Source: Polyangiaceae bacterium (GTDB lineage: Bacteria; Myxococcota_A; Polyangia; Polyangiales; Polyangiaceae). Taken from it: 64,000 nt of DNA. The notes below the pieces were generated by a model, which had not been told where the DNA came from, made no database searches, and saw only the letters and a list, made by a program, of their open reading frames with translations. Positions within the stretch are counted from its first letter, which is position 1. Each line of letters starts with the position of its first letter. Of the stretch, positions 19,094 to 30,034 are shown one piece after another. The position numbers were made by a program, and so were the translations under genes. Location of the stretch: the NCBI GenBank assembly GCA_050287085.1, contig JBNKBE010000020.1, forward strand, positions 1-64,000. Reading direction: 5' to 3'.

Positions 19094-20689
19094 CTATTCA
19101 AGCAGGTCAGCAAATAGGGATATGTCAACCGACCTGCCCATGGCCGCGTATCCCTCACGATTCGGATGCAAGTTGTCCTCCTGAAGTGCACTAATCCAAC
19201 CCTCGCCGTTGGACACAGGTGCCGCGAGATCGACTACTGCGTCGAACTCACCACCCGTTCTTATCCACTCGTTGACCTCCAAACGAGCGGCACAAGTGCT
19301 GCAGGGTGTGATCGGTGAACCATAGACGAGAATTCCCTGCGCGTGCGACTTGGCAATGATCTCCTCATAGGCTTCGATCAAGGTCTGCGCCCCCACACCG
19401 TTTGCGTCCATGTCGTTGACGCCTTCCATGACGATTAGCCACTTGATCTTGTCTCGCGTCAGGACGTCGCGTTCGAAGCGTACGAGACCCGCGTCCTGAT
19501 ACTCGTCCGTCACCGTAAGGTTATTGGCCCCCATGCCGAAGTTGAGTACCGAACGTTTGTCCGCCAAACCCGGTTCGCCCTTGAGCTTAGTGGTCATGGC
19601 ATCGGGCCAACGATCAAACGCATTCAACACCCCGTAGCCGTCCGTTATCGAATCCCCCAAGACGGCAATGGCGTATGCCTCCGGCGGGGCCATCACCTCG
19701 ACCGCATTGATGAAGTACCAGCGATCGCGCGTATCCCCCTGGATCTCAGCGCTGCTCACGGCATCCCCATCGGCAATGTAGGACGTGGTCCTTGCCCCCG
19801 GATGCCCCGTCAGCTTCTGGGGCACGGAAGCTCCAAACTGGATCGAGATTGCCGTCAGCGTGAGTTCCTCAAGCGTGAAGTGCGCCGCATCTGACCATAC
19901 GCTTTCCCCGGCGGGAATGGTGACACTTGAACTGCCGTCGAACGTGAACGACACGTCGCTTTCTGACTGAATTCGTCCCATGCTGTTGCCGGGGTCGTTC
20001 ACGGTCGCGGCCAATGCGATGTGGACCTTCTCAACATCGACCGCCTCCGCTCCCTTCTCATTGCTGAGTCGAATCCGAATCTCGTCACCGGAGAACGTGG
20101 GCCATATGAATTGTCGCAACGTCTTTCCGGGCAGTGGAGGAGGCGTCTGCGTTTGCGTCGGCTCCATGATTTGCATGCTGGTCGCCCACGCGGGCAACCA
20201 CTCAGGTCCGGGATCCGTCCCGGGGCCCCCGTCGCCCCCCATGCCCAGCTCACCCCCCATGCCCAGCTCGCCCGCCGCGCCAGACGTGGAAGCTTGTCCG
20301 CCACCACCGCTGCTCGTGTCTCCGCCCCCAACGCCAGCGCCAGATGAACCTGTAGCACCACCGCCGGCATTCGCGGCCCCGCCAGCGTCTGCACCTCCCC
20401 GCATGTCAGAGGGAGGGCCAGCCGCGCCCATGCCTCCACTTCCCGCAGACGTCTCGGGCCCTCCACCCGCCACCGGCGCCCCGCCATTGGCTCCGCCGTC
20501 GGCAGCTGAGGCGACGCCCCCTGTTGTCCCTTCAGGCGCTGGCAATCCCCGGCCTGACGGCGCCTCAGCGTGACAAGCCAAGACCCCAAGCAATACGCAA
20601 GCTATCCCAATTGAGGGGAGCCCCAAGTGCGCTCGAGGCTTCCGCGTCGCCGCCGCCTCGGGCTCGTAACACCACCGCAAAACGTGCAT
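19094..20689 (-). CDS. SGNH/GDSL hydrolase lipoprotein
   Basis: VLAC lipobox, Gly-rich stalk, LGDSITDG, NFGMGAN, EGVND and DNLHPNREGY. Confidence 0.9.
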   Translation of the reverse strand: MHVLRWCYEPEAAATRKPRAHLGLPSIGIACVLLGVLACHAEAPSGRGLPAPEGTTGGVASAADGGANGGAPVAGGGPETSAGSGGMGAAGPPSDMRGGADAGGAANAGGGATGSSGAGVGGGDTSSGGGGQASTSGAAGELGMGGELGMGGDGGPGTDPGPEWLPAWATSMQIMEPTQTQTPPPLPGKTLRQFIWPTFSGDEIRIRLSNEKGAEAVDVEKVHIALAATVNDPGNSMGRIQSESDVSFTFDGSSSVTIPAGESVWSDAAHFTLEELTLTAISIQFGASVPQKLTGHPGARTTSYIADGDAVSSAEIQGDTRDRWYFINAVEVMAPPEAYAIAVLGDSITDGYGVLNAFDRWPDAMTTKLKGEPGLADKRSVLNFGMGANNLTVTDEYQDAGLVRFERDVLTRDKIKWLIVMEGVNDMDANGVGAQTLIEAYEEIIAKSHAQGILVYGSPITPCSTCAARLEVNEWIRTGGEFDAVVDLAAPVSNGEGWISALQEDNLHPNREGYAAMGRSVDISLFADLLE

Positions 20690-22128
20690 GAGCTCAAGAT
20701 CGCTTAACGTCTTGGAGCTTGCGGGTCAAGGCGCGGCAACACCGCATGCCAGGCCTTCCTGCGTCTCGATTGGCTTGCACTTTGCCCTGACCAAACCCGT
20801 TGGACGGGAGCGCTCACACCACCGAGGCAACTGGCCCCCTCGGCTCCGATCCTAACTTCGTGGAGTTCTCCGGCGCCTTCTGGAAAGCCGACGTTTTGCC
20901 GCCACCGACACCACATCCGCGGCGAACGGATCCTCGGGCGCAGTCTGAGACTCAAGCTCAACACAATCAGTGAGCGGACGAGCTGTGTCGCGGTCCCCCA
21001 GGTGACGAAGCCGCACTGGAATGTCAACCGCCAGCCACCCTTGCAACATCGGATCGCTCGGGGCCGCGGATGTCAACACCGCATGCTCGATCGAGCGAGC
21101 AAGACAAAGACCCAATACGTCTCCCGCCTCGAGCTGGGAGCTATTTCTGCGGTAACGTTGGCGGTCGCTTCTGCTCAAACCCATGGTAGCGGCTGAGCTC
21201 TCCTCACCAATGGAGAACGACTCGGTCGCCACGGTGCTGCTCCGCGAAGCATCGGTGTGCAACGCAGACGCCCGTGACGCCGCCGCCCCCGCGCCGCTGG
21301 CGGCAGCTCGCCGGTAGACAAAAGCGTGGCCACACGGCGGCACCTGCGCCGGCTCCGCAAATAACCACAACCCACGCCGGGCGGGGTTGGATCGCGGCTC
21401 ACCGTCGGGCGCCTTCACCCCTTCCAGCGACCGGCCTTCTTGAGCGCCGCGAAGCGCGCCGCCGTCGTCACGCTCCCGGTCGACAGCAGACCGAACCCGA
21501 TCAGAACGCCACACTCCGCCATCGGAAGGGCCGTCTCCCGCAAGCTCCCCGGACCCTCCAATGCTGTCGCTCCTACCTCGGCCCCCGACGGAAGCCACTT
21601 GGCTCCGTCCGAAGGCGACCACCGCCCCTTGCCGAATCAGCGCGTAGGCGTCAGGCGCGTCCGACCCGCTGCCTAGCGCACCCAAGGGCCCGCCGACAGA
21701 ATCCGACGCAGCCACATCCTCATCGATAGAGACAAGCGAATCTGCTGAGACGTCAGGAGCGGCTTCGAGACTCAGCTCAGCCAGCCCCGAAAGCAGCCGC
21801 GGCGATGACGACAAGCGAAGGCATCGCGCTCTAAGTCTCATAGCTTCTACTCGCATCATTCAGGTCTCAGTCGCGCACCCTGATGCAGCGTACAGCAACA
21901 ACAAAAGCAGCTTAGGGCCCTTGCCGAAAGCGTCCAGCATATTCGCTCATGATTGGGGCCGGTGGCCGCACGCGTTCCACGCCGACTCGTCCTGTTTCGG
22001 AGCGTGTTCCCAGCATGGAAACCACGTGATAACGTAGGAAAGTCGTCCGACAATTCTCAACGAGCCCTCGGTTTGCGGCGCGCGCTGTAGATTCTGTGCC
22101 CAGCTGGCTACAGACCCAATATTCGCTC

Positions 22129-22407
22129 ATGGACTGGAAGCTTCTACTCGTCACATTCGGCACCGTCTTCCTGGCTGAATTGGGTGATAAGACCCAGGTG
22201 GCAACGTTTACGTTGGCTAGCGGCGCTTCCGCCAGGTTACCGGTATTTCTAGGCTCAGCTGCGGCATTGGTGGCGACGAGCGCCATCGCGGTGCTTGGAG
22301 CCGACATGCTGACTCGAATAGTATCGCCGCTTTGGCTGAGCCGAGGGGCAGGCACCCTTCTTATCGTCATGGGCGCCTGGATGCTGCTCGGACGAGGCGC
22401 TTCCTAG
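22129..22407 (+). CDS. GDT1/TMEM165 (UPF0016) family half-size cation transporter
   Basis: FLAELGDKTQ signature and three TM helices. Confidence 0.9.
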   Translation: MDWKLLLVTFGTVFLAELGDKTQVATFTLASGASARLPVFLGSAAALVATSAIAVLGADMLTRIVSPLWLSRGAGTLLIVMGAWMLLGRGAS

Positions 22408-22482
22408 CCTGCGTATTGGGCAGAATCGGGGCCTTCAGAGCGCCTTAGAAGCGATCGTCAGACTGTGATACACCATCACGTG

Positions 22483-23433
22483 ATGCGAGTTCGTTCGGTA
22501 CTCTGGTCCTCGACCCTTCTTTCCACTTGGGTGGTTCTGGCGTGCGCCAGCGCCTCGCCCAGGGCGACAAGTCCCGCTCCGCAAGCCACCCCGCCAAACA
22601 GCGCCGCGACCCAAGCACCAACGCCCGACGGTGATGCCGGCCAAGACAGCGGCGCGCGGACGCCCCCCAACACCGCGGCGCGACGGCGGCGGCCTGAACC
22701 GCAGGGTGACGCGCCGGTGCACGCCGCCAACGAGCGCGAGTTTCGACCACAGAAGTCACAGAGCGCACGGGGTGCGCACGGCGTAAGTCCCTCGAGCATC
22801 AAGCCGACTGCAACCGAAGCGGCTCTCAAGTTCTTCGTCCTGGACAAGGACAAGGGACCGATCCCGGGGTTGGTCATCTCATTGACTGGCGCAGACCACC
22901 GCACCTTCTACGCACCAGAGACAGACGCCTTGGGCTACACCGAGGTGCTGGTGCCCGTTGGCCAAGAATACAAGCTCGTCTATCTCAGCCTGGGTCGAGA
23001 AGACATCTCGGCCAAAGTCCCCGTGAGCGACGAACCAAACCAGAACATTAAGCTAACGTTACGCTACAAGCGTCACGACTACGATACGAGCACTTCTACG
23101 CAATTCGTTCTACATGGCGTCCATTTCGACACCGGAAAAGCCACTATCCGTCCCGAGTCTTTTGCTCGTCTCGACCGCGTCGTCGAGTACATGCAACACA
23201 GGCCTTCAGTTCGCATCGAGCTGTCAGGGCACACGGACAACGTCGGCAATCCCAAGGCGAATCAGCTCTTGTCAGAACGACGTGCGAAAGCATGCCGCGA
23301 ATACATCATGTCACGAGGGATCGAAGGCTCTCGCCTGGAAGCCGTCGGTTTTGGTGCCGCACGGCCCATTGCCTCGAACAGTACCGAAGAGGGCCGCCAA
23401 GCCAATCGCCGAATCGAAGCGAGCGTCCTATGA
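22483..23433 (+). CDS. OmpA-family peptidoglycan-binding lipoprotein
   Basis: VLAC lipobox, VHFDTGKA, SGHTDNVG, LSERRA, GFGAARPI and NRRIE. Confidence 0.9.
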   Translation: MRVRSVLWSSTLLSTWVVLACASASPRATSPAPQATPPNSAATQAPTPDGDAGQDSGARTPPNTAARRRRPEPQGDAPVHAANEREFRPQKSQSARGAHGVSPSSIKPTATEAALKFFVLDKDKGPIPGLVISLTGADHRTFYAPETDALGYTEVLVPVGQEYKLVYLSLGREDISAKVPVSDEPNQNIKLTLRYKRHDYDTSTSTQFVLHGVHFDTGKATIRPESFARLDRVVEYMQHRPSVRIELSGHTDNVGNPKANQLLSERRAKACREYIMSRGIEGSRLEAVGFGAARPIASNSTEEGRQANRRIEASVL

Positions 23434-23615
23434 AGTCGCCGGACGGAAAGTCACTCGCGAGCCGCCCAAGACCACCGCGAGGTGGGCGCGTGAAGAGCGA
23501 GCGACCCAGGGCTACGGGGGCAGCTCGAAGACCCCTGCGTCGAGCCCGCCCGCTCCAGCACGAGGCTCGACCGACGTAGTAGGACTCTCCTTTCGCCGGC
23601 CCCACGCAACCTTGA

Positions 23616-23635
23616 TTGATAGTCGGTCCGCAACT
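23616..23635 (+). repeat. Dispersed intergenic repeat C, copy 1
   Basis: TTGATAGTCGGTCCGCAACT, 19/20 identical to the reverse complement of 31086-31105. Confidence 0.7.
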
Positions 23636-23682
23636 CCCCCACCGGGTTGAGGTGCTGCGACAGCGGAGCGATGCTATCGAGC

Positions 23683-24357
23683 TCAGTCGCAATGCACGCT
23701 GCCGGGCTCAGCCAAGAACTCGAAGTGCATCGTGTCGCGCAGTTGCGGGTCCTCCCCCAGCCAGTAGAAACCGTGACGCTTGAAGGCATCCACCCAGCAG
23801 CTCGGAACCTCGTGCCGTCCAAGCGGTGTCTTCCCGGGGCCGAAGTGGGTGGCGCCGTTGGTGCATCTTTCGGCCTTTGCCCAGTCGGCAACGCAGCCGC
23901 AACACGGGTTCTTATCGGGATCGAGATCCACCGCTAGCCCGAAAACGTGATTGGAGTACTCCTGGTGTCGCCAGTCCGCTTGCTGTTTGAAGGTGTTGTG
24001 CGCACGCCAGCCACTGAGCACACGTGGCCTGTAGACGTCGTCGCAGCTTCTGCGAATTTCCTGCTCAACGCAGCGCAGCGGCTCAATCACAGCCTCGTGA
24101 ACGTTGAGCGTAAGACCAAAGAAGCGTGTGGGGCGGATCTGGGTGTAGGTCTGTAGCCGGTACTGAAACGCCTTCTGTATCCCGTCCCGCCCCAAGGCCA
24201 AGTAGTGCTTTCGAACGAGAAATCTCTGTATTGGCACTGCTTCCGAGCCCGCCTGCGCGAGCCCCGCCAGCAGGAATACAACCAAGGGGAGAGCGCGACT
24301 ACCCCACTTCGCGAAGCGGACAAATGTCGCGCCGACGACCAAGCCAACTGTATGCAT
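23683..24357 (-). CDS. M15-family zinc metallopeptidase (peptidoglycan peptidase), secreted
   Basis: SNHVFGLAVD (SxHxxGxAxD) and DTMHFEF, with an N-terminal signal-like segment. Confidence 0.8.
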   Translation of the reverse strand: MHTVGLVVGATFVRFAKWGSRALPLVVFLLAGLAQAGSEAVPIQRFLVRKHYLALGRDGIQKAFQYRLQTYTQIRPTRFFGLTLNVHEAVIEPLRCVEQEIRRSCDDVYRPRVLSGWRAHNTFKQQADWRHQEYSNHVFGLAVDLDPDKNPCCGCVADWAKAERCTNGATHFGPGKTPLGRHEVPSCWVDAFKRHGFYWLGEDPQLRDTMHFEFLAEPGSVHCD

Positions 24358-24480
24358 GACCTAGAACCGATCCTAGAACTGACGCAGCATCGTGTCGACC
24401 CCAAGCAGTGAGACCGCCCCGATGCTGCTACTTTGACGTCAGGGCGGATTCAATCGTCACCACGAGCGACGCGAAGCCAC

Positions 24481-27400
24481 CTAGGGATTGAACGTCCAAT
24501 CTGCACCAAAGGTCTCATTCTTTGGCGACGGGAGATATTCGCCGTTGGGTCCGTCGCGGCGAATAACAAGCGTCTCGGCCGTCACGACATCTTCGTTCTC
24601 CCTTGCGACAACATTGATGACGTTAACCCCTGGCTGAAGTGCCACCTCATGTTCGAATCGCATCTGGTGCTGCTGCGCCGCGTCGCGATTGGAACTGTAG
24701 AATGCCTTCCGCGAGCCCACGTAGATAAACGTGTCGAGCACGCGATCCCCGTCACGAGCTATGCCCCCAACCTTGATGTGGTCACTTCGTGTAGAAAGCG
24801 GAGCCGGGTCCAACTCCAAAGTGGGGGGAGACCGGGTCATGAGTGGGTCAAAGGCTAGCCCCTGTCCGGGTCCTTGGGAGAGCTCAGAGCTCATGACAAA
24901 GCCAAAGCGATCGTCGCCCAAGGACACTTTGGCATAGTCCCCGAAGCGCCCCAGAACACGGACGCCGGAAGCGGCTCCGAGCGAACCGACCACGCGCGCG
25001 TTCGCAAGCGGCTGGGCACGGACGGCTGCCGCCTCGACTGTCCTCTGCTCCACGTTTTCCGGATTTACGAAGAACCCGCCAGATACCAGCGGGATTTCGA
25101 TCTTCTCGGAAGCCCCAACCCGCAAGTCGCGATCTTCCACCGCGACTCGCAGCTTCGCGACGTTTTCTTTGACGTCGTCTCGCACGTCAAAAGTGAAGGC
25201 TACGCGCTTGGTATCGCCGGGTTCCAGATTGGAAAGATCGAAACGCCCTGCCCGCAGCAGCAGGCCGTCACCCGTCAGATTCTGCAGGAGTGCCTGCGTC
25301 TCATAGGACTTGCCCTTGCCGATATTCGTAACGTCAAGGTAGAGGGTCACGTCCTCACCGGGACTCACCTGGCCGTCGCCGTTGCCCTTGCGATTGTCGA
25401 CCACCTGATAGGTGTACGCAAACGTCGGCTGCGGCAAGCTGCGAACCGTCGCCCGGAGCTCGACTTCCGCCGGAGGCTCACTCCCCTCGGCACTGAAGCG
25501 GACCTTGATGACGTCCTCCCGGGTCGTGGCGGACATAGGCAAGGTGCACACGCGAGGTGCATCGTCCGGCAGCGCTCGGGTCGAGCCAAACTCGTGCCCT
25601 TCGACGTCGCAAAAACCCAGGGGCACCTCGGCGACAACCGTCTGCCCGGGCTCGACCCGACCAAAAGCGAGCTCCTTCTCGTCATAGTACCCAGCATCGC
25701 TCTTGGTGATAGCCCGCAAGCGATACACCGGCTTGTCACTGCTATTGGTGACGGCCACCTTCAACGCCATCGACTCCCCCGCGACCACGGTGTTGTCGGG
25801 GCGGTCCGTCGCGACATCGACGGAATAGGTGGCTTCGCTCTTCTGAGCCGAGGCGGGTGGCGCCGTCCAGTCGATGCCCAGCCCCTTGAGTTCGGTCGCC
25901 ACGGCGGCCAACTGGCGTTGCTGTTCCTTCTCCAGATAGTCTTTGGCGCTGGTCAACTGATCGAGGCGCGCTTTGCCGGCGGGCAATTGTTTGGCTAAGT
26001 CTCGCGCGAAACGAATGGGGAAGTCCAAGAAGAACTCATCCCCCATCTGACCGCCACGCTCCCGCCATTGCATTCGTTCGACCTCCGGCAGATTGTAGCG
26101 CAGCGTGGTCCAGGGACGCTCCGCGGTGCGCGCCGTATCATGGGTGAGACTCTGGCTGAGATCGCGCTCGCTGATACTCTTGTCTTGCCGGAAGAGGTCC
26201 ATCTCGAGTCGATCCGCCGTCATGGGGTCGAGTTCAATGTCGGGGGTCACCCCAACACCCTGAATCGAAATATCACCCGGCGTCAGGTACTGGGCTATGG
26301 TGAGCTTGAGAGCGGCGTCGCCCGCCACGTTTGAGAAGACCACCTGAACGCTTCCCTTGCCAAATGTGGTCTGTCCAACGAGCACCGCGCGATCGTGGTT
26401 CTTGAGCGCTCCCGAAACGATCTCGCTCGCACTGGCGGATGAACCATCGACCAGAACGACCAACGGGTAGCGCGGCTCCGTGCCGCTCCGTCGCGCGCTG
26501 GTTCTCTTGGGGGCCTCTCCCGTCTCAACGGTGGATACGATGACTCCGTGATCCAAGAAGCGATCTGTCACCTCTTGAGCCTGGTGCAGCAACCCCCCAG
26601 GGTTGCCGCGCAGATCCAACACCAGCCCCTTCAAGGGTCCCTTCTTGTGAAAGCGCGCCAAGGCTTCCGCCAGCTCTCGCGATGACGTCGCTTGGAACTG
26701 CTTGAGACGCACGTATCCGACGCCATCCCCCAATTCGCGGGCCTCGACGGATTCGATGCGAATCTCCTCCCGAGTCAGATCAAAAGGCCGGGTTCCTTTC
26801 CAGCCACCCTGACCGTCGCGCCGAACCCACACCGTGACCTTAGACCCAGGCTCGCCGCGGAGCCGTTTAACCGCGTCGTCCAAGGGCATGTTGATGGTGG
26901 CTTCGTTGTTGATCTTGAGAATACGGTCGAGGCGTCGGAGTCCAGCGCGCCCTGCCGGAGTATCTGGCATCGGCCGCATTACGGTTAGCATCTGATCACG
27001 AATGGCGATGACGATACCAAGTCCGCCAAAGTGTCCAGACGTGGACAAGTTCATCTCGGCATACGCTTCCGGGCTGAGGAAGACGCTATGCGGATCCAGC
27101 GTCTGCAACATGCCATTGCACGCCGCATACTCAATCTCGGCAAGGTCCATGTCGGTATCGCGCAAGCGAGCCTGCAAGAACTCGAACACTTCGCGCAGTC
27201 TTGCCGACACGTCCCAAGGCCCCTGAACGTTGTCTACGCGAAATTCCCGCTCTTCAGAAAACACGCGTACCTTGACACTGGGAGAGCCTTCGTCGTGCAG
27301 TACGATCACCTGCGCCACCCGGCGCTGGATCTGATTGAGCGCGCTCAGGAACATTTGGCGCGGATTGACGCGCTGCGGATCGACGTACTTGTTGCGAATC

Positions 27401-27597
27401 TTGTCCAGGGTTTCGTTGACGGCGCGCAGCTGCGTCAGATCGTAGGGGGCCGTAACCTGAACATCACCAGTCACTGCGTGGGCCGCCCCAAGGCCATGCC
27501 ACAGGCGACCAGTTCCGAACTTCAAGGCAAAATGCGAAGCGACCAATCCGAGAGTTCCGAAGATCAGAAAGCGCGTCGCACGCTGAAGGAAACGCAT
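24481..27597 (-). CDS. Long deltaproteobacterial S41 C-terminal processing protease (PDZ + S41 + Ig-like tail)
   Basis: LDPHS, FGGLGI, PDZ, LDLRGNPGG, SASASEI, TFGKGSVQ and GVTPDI, with a long C-terminal extension. Confidence 0.92.
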   Translation of the reverse strand: MRFLQRATRFLIFGTLGLVASHFALKFGTGRLWHGLGAAHAVTGDVQVTAPYDLTQLRAVNETLDKIRNKYVDPQRVNPRQMFLSALNQIQRRVAQVIVLHDEGSPSVKVRVFSEEREFRVDNVQGPWDVSARLREVFEFLQARLRDTDMDLAEIEYAACNGMLQTLDPHSVFLSPEAYAEMNLSTSGHFGGLGIVIAIRDQMLTVMRPMPDTPAGRAGLRRLDRILKINNEATINMPLDDAVKRLRGEPGSKVTVWVRRDGQGGWKGTRPFDLTREEIRIESVEARELGDGVGYVRLKQFQATSSRELAEALARFHKKGPLKGLVLDLRGNPGGLLHQAQEVTDRFLDHGVIVSTVETGEAPKRTSARRSGTEPRYPLVVLVDGSSASASEIVSGALKNHDRAVLVGQTTFGKGSVQVVFSNVAGDAALKLTIAQYLTPGDISIQGVGVTPDIELDPMTADRLEMDLFRQDKSISERDLSQSLTHDTARTAERPWTTLRYNLPEVERMQWRERGGQMGDEFFLDFPIRFARDLAKQLPAGKARLDQLTSAKDYLEKEQQRQLAAVATELKGLGIDWTAPPASAQKSEATYSVDVATDRPDNTVVAGESMALKVAVTNSSDKPVYRLRAITKSDAGYYDEKELAFGRVEPGQTVVAEVPLGFCDVEGHEFGSTRALPDDAPRVCTLPMSATTREDVIKVRFSAEGSEPPAEVELRATVRSLPQPTFAYTYQVVDNRKGNGDGQVSPGEDVTLYLDVTNIGKGKSYETQALLQNLTGDGLLLRAGRFDLSNLEPGDTKRVAFTFDVRDDVKENVAKLRVAVEDRDLRVGASEKIEIPLVSGGFFVNPENVEQRTVEAAAVRAQPLANARVVGSLGAASGVRVLGRFGDYAKVSLGDDRFGFVMSSELSQGPGQGLAFDPLMTRSPPTLELDPAPLSTRSDHIKVGGIARDGDRVLDTFIYVGSRKAFYSSNRDAAQQHQMRFEHEVALQPGVNVINVVARENEDVVTAETLVIRRDGPNGEYLPSPKNETFGADWTFNP

Positions 27598-27842
27598 CTG
27601 GGCAGTATAGTGCCCCAGCCCACGCAGCCCAGACGCTTCCTGCCGACGCGGCCGCGTGGCTTGCCGATTCTGCGAACCAAACACCCGTTCAGTTCAGGAC
27701 GCTCTAATTGCGTGGCGCGAGCCAAACGCTCAGACTCCGGGCCTAGCAGCCGAAATCCGCGACAGGCTCGAGGAGCACAGCGACGAGCCCGCCCGCCACG
27801 GCAAGGGGATCGGCCGGCGTAGCAGGCTCTCCCTCGCGGGCC

Positions 27843-28973
27843 CTAAGGCGCCGCCGCGGCCTGGGGCGCCGGATCGGGGTTGCTGACTTGGGGCGTCGCC
27901 TCGTCCTGTTTGATCGAGTAGCGGACGAGCGAACGGAGAGCGGCGTTGCGCTGTACGTTACCGAGCAGGACCTTCAAGTCCTCATAGACAGACGGATCGA
28001 CGAGCAGAGCGCCCAGAGTCCCTTTCCCTTCCCGCACGCCCCGCGTCATCGTCCGAAGATCCGAAGTGATAGCCGCCAGGTCAGCAAGCACACGCTCACT
28101 ACTGTCGGTTCCGGAACCCCCATACAGCAGCTGCCGGGCCAAGCCATTGCCCGCTTTGATGTCCGCCAAGGCCACAGCCACCTGATCGGCCGCGTTGCCA
28201 ATCTTCACAACCGCCTGGGTCCCGTCGCTCCCGTACAACAAGTCGTGCGCCGTGCCTGGCCCTTCAGTGACCTGGTGAACGACGCGCTCCACCCCCCCCA
28301 GGACACGATCGAGACGCGCACTGGCCCGTTCCAGATTCTCAATTGAACGACTGAGGCGCTCAGCTTCCTCTGGGTCGTGCAACAGGCGGGGTACGTAGCC
28401 CTCGCCATCTTCCATAGACTGGAAGAGCTTTCGAGCACCGCTCGCCGTCTCCCGGATGTCTTGTCGAAATGCATCCTCTGCCAACGTCGACGTGGTCTTT
28501 TCCAAGTTGTTCACCACTTCGCCAGCTTGCTCCCCGATCTGCGACAGGCGAGCGAGAATGCTGTCACCCTTTCCAGGGGGGATTGGGCTGCCCTCTTCCA
28601 GTGGCGGTCGCGTGGGATCGCCAACGCTGATGGAGAGCAACTTGTCCCCCAACATACCCTTGGGTTCGATGATTGCGACGCTATCCTCTCGAATGCGAAC
28701 GGCCTCCGACGATACGATGCTGAGCTCCAGAGTGATCTCGTCGGAGTCCGGATTCTCGGAGTAGTAGACGCGCGCCACCCGACCGATCGGCACCCCGCCC
28801 ATGCGTACGCTGGAGCCAGGCGCCAACCCCTCAACGTCCGTGAAGCTCGCATAATAGGTCGCCTTGGTTTCGAACATGCGACTGGTCTCGCCGATCAAAA
28901 AAATGACGACCCCAACCATGCTCAGGCCGATGAGGACGAATATCCCGACGCGAAGCTCGGTACGCTTTGCCAT
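27843..28973 (-). CDS. mlaD: MlaD/MCE-family protein
   Basis: ELRVGIFV TM, GLAPGSSVRMGGVPIGRV, GMLGDK, helical repeats and GTLGALLVDPSVY. Confidence 0.85.
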   Translation of the reverse strand: MAKRTELRVGIFVLIGLSMVGVVIFLIGETSRMFETKATYYASFTDVEGLAPGSSVRMGGVPIGRVARVYYSENPDSDEITLELSIVSSEAVRIREDSVAIIEPKGMLGDKLLSISVGDPTRPPLEEGSPIPPGKGDSILARLSQIGEQAGEVVNNLEKTTSTLAEDAFRQDIRETASGARKLFQSMEDGEGYVPRLLHDPEEAERLSRSIENLERASARLDRVLGGVERVVHQVTEGPGTAHDLLYGSDGTQAVVKIGNAADQVAVALADIKAGNGLARQLLYGGSGTDSSERVLADLAAITSDLRTMTRGVREGKGTLGALLVDPSVYEDLKVLLGNVQRNAALRSLVRYSIKQDEATPQVSNPDPAPQAAAAP

Positions 28974-29138
28974 GCAGGGTTGAACGTACTAAGAAATCGT
29001 ACCCTGCCAACCGGTTTTCGGATTCGGGAGGTCGGTGAAAGCGCAGCCCCACCGCCCCAGAGGCCGTACCAGGCTCTGGAATTCCGCCACGCTGGGCTCG
29101 GACGCCTGCGCCCCGCGCACCTTGCCGGCAGCTCGGGA

Positions 29139-29918
29139 TCAGGAATTGAGCAGCGTTGCTACGTCTTCTTCTCGCGGAGCGTGCCCCTCAATGAAGTTCT
29201 TGACCCGAGGATCGCGCTCACGTCGAATGGCCTCGACGTCCCCCTGGAAGATGATCGTGCCGCTGTGGACCACCGCCACCTGATCGCTGATGGTGAAGGC
29301 GCTTTTCATATCGTGCGTGACAACTACGCTCGTGATTTGAAGGCGCTCCTGCAGGGTGAGAATCAGGTGATTGACCCGGGCGGTATTGATCGGATCGAGA
29401 CCGGTCGTCGGTTCGTCGTACAAGACCACCTCGGGTTGCACCGCGATCGAGCGAGCCAGGCTCACCCGCTTGCGCATACCTCCCGACAAGTCGGCAGGCC
29501 GCATGTCTTCGATGCCCGGAAGACTCACCGAGTCCAGTGCCCAATGAACCCGCTCTGCAATCGCCGCGTCGTTCATTTGGTGATGAAAGTGCTCGCGCAA
29601 ACCGTAGGCCACATTCTCACCGACACTCAGCGAATCAAAGAGCGCCCCGCCCTGGAACAGCATGGCGATCCGCTGCCGGACGCGCGACAGTTGGTCCTCC
29701 CCCATATCGACCACATTTTCGCCGTCGAAGATGATGCGCCCCGCGTCCGGCTTGAGTAGCCCGATGAGCATCTTGAGCATCACGCTCTTGCCCACCCCCG
29801 ACCCCCCTAGAATCGTGAAAACCGACCCCTTGGGGATGCTCAGGTTCAGGTCTCGATAGATGACCTTCGACCCGAATGCCTTCTTGACCCCGTCAAAGTT
29901 GATCAGTGACTCACTCAT
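29139..29918 (-). CDS. mlaF: MlaF-type ABC transporter ATP-binding protein
   Basis: GGSGVGKS, FQGGALFDSL, LSGGMRKRV, YDEPTTGLDP, VTHD. Confidence 0.9.
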   Translation of the reverse strand: MSESLINFDGVKKAFGSKVIYRDLNLSIPKGSVFTILGGSGVGKSVMLKMLIGLLKPDAGRIIFDGENVVDMGEDQLSRVRQRIAMLFQGGALFDSLSVGENVAYGLREHFHHQMNDAAIAERVHWALDSVSLPGIEDMRPADLSGGMRKRVSLARSIAVQPEVVLYDEPTTGLDPINTARVNHLILTLQERLQITSVVVTHDMKSAFTISDQVAVVHSGTIIFQGDVEAIRRERDPRVKNFIEGHAPREEDVATLLNS

Positions 29919-30034
29919 GTGCACGGCACCATATCCCGCTCGAAGCCGCACCGGTAGCACCCTTTGTCCGGGAAGACTCGACCCTAGACGCGAATCCCTC
30001 TGGCGCGCCATGTCTTGATGAGTAAGGTGCGCCC

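Noticed and set aside
20835..20847. 13-nt match to the tRNA-Ala 3' end (CCCCCTCGGCTCC) as an att site
   Set aside because: Short, GC-rich, on the wrong side of the tRNA, and there is no integrase in the window.
20700..22090. 335-aa minus-strand ORF 20852-21859 and overlapping ORFs
   Set aside because: Low-complexity Ser/Ala/Arg-rich translation with no recognisable motif. I cannot distinguish it from a GC-rich shadow ORF or a decayed gene.
24874..29759. Long plus-strand ORFs (374 aa, 460 aa) antisense to the S41 protease and mla genes
   Set aside because: Typical antisense shadow ORFs of high-GC coding sequence with no protein motifs.
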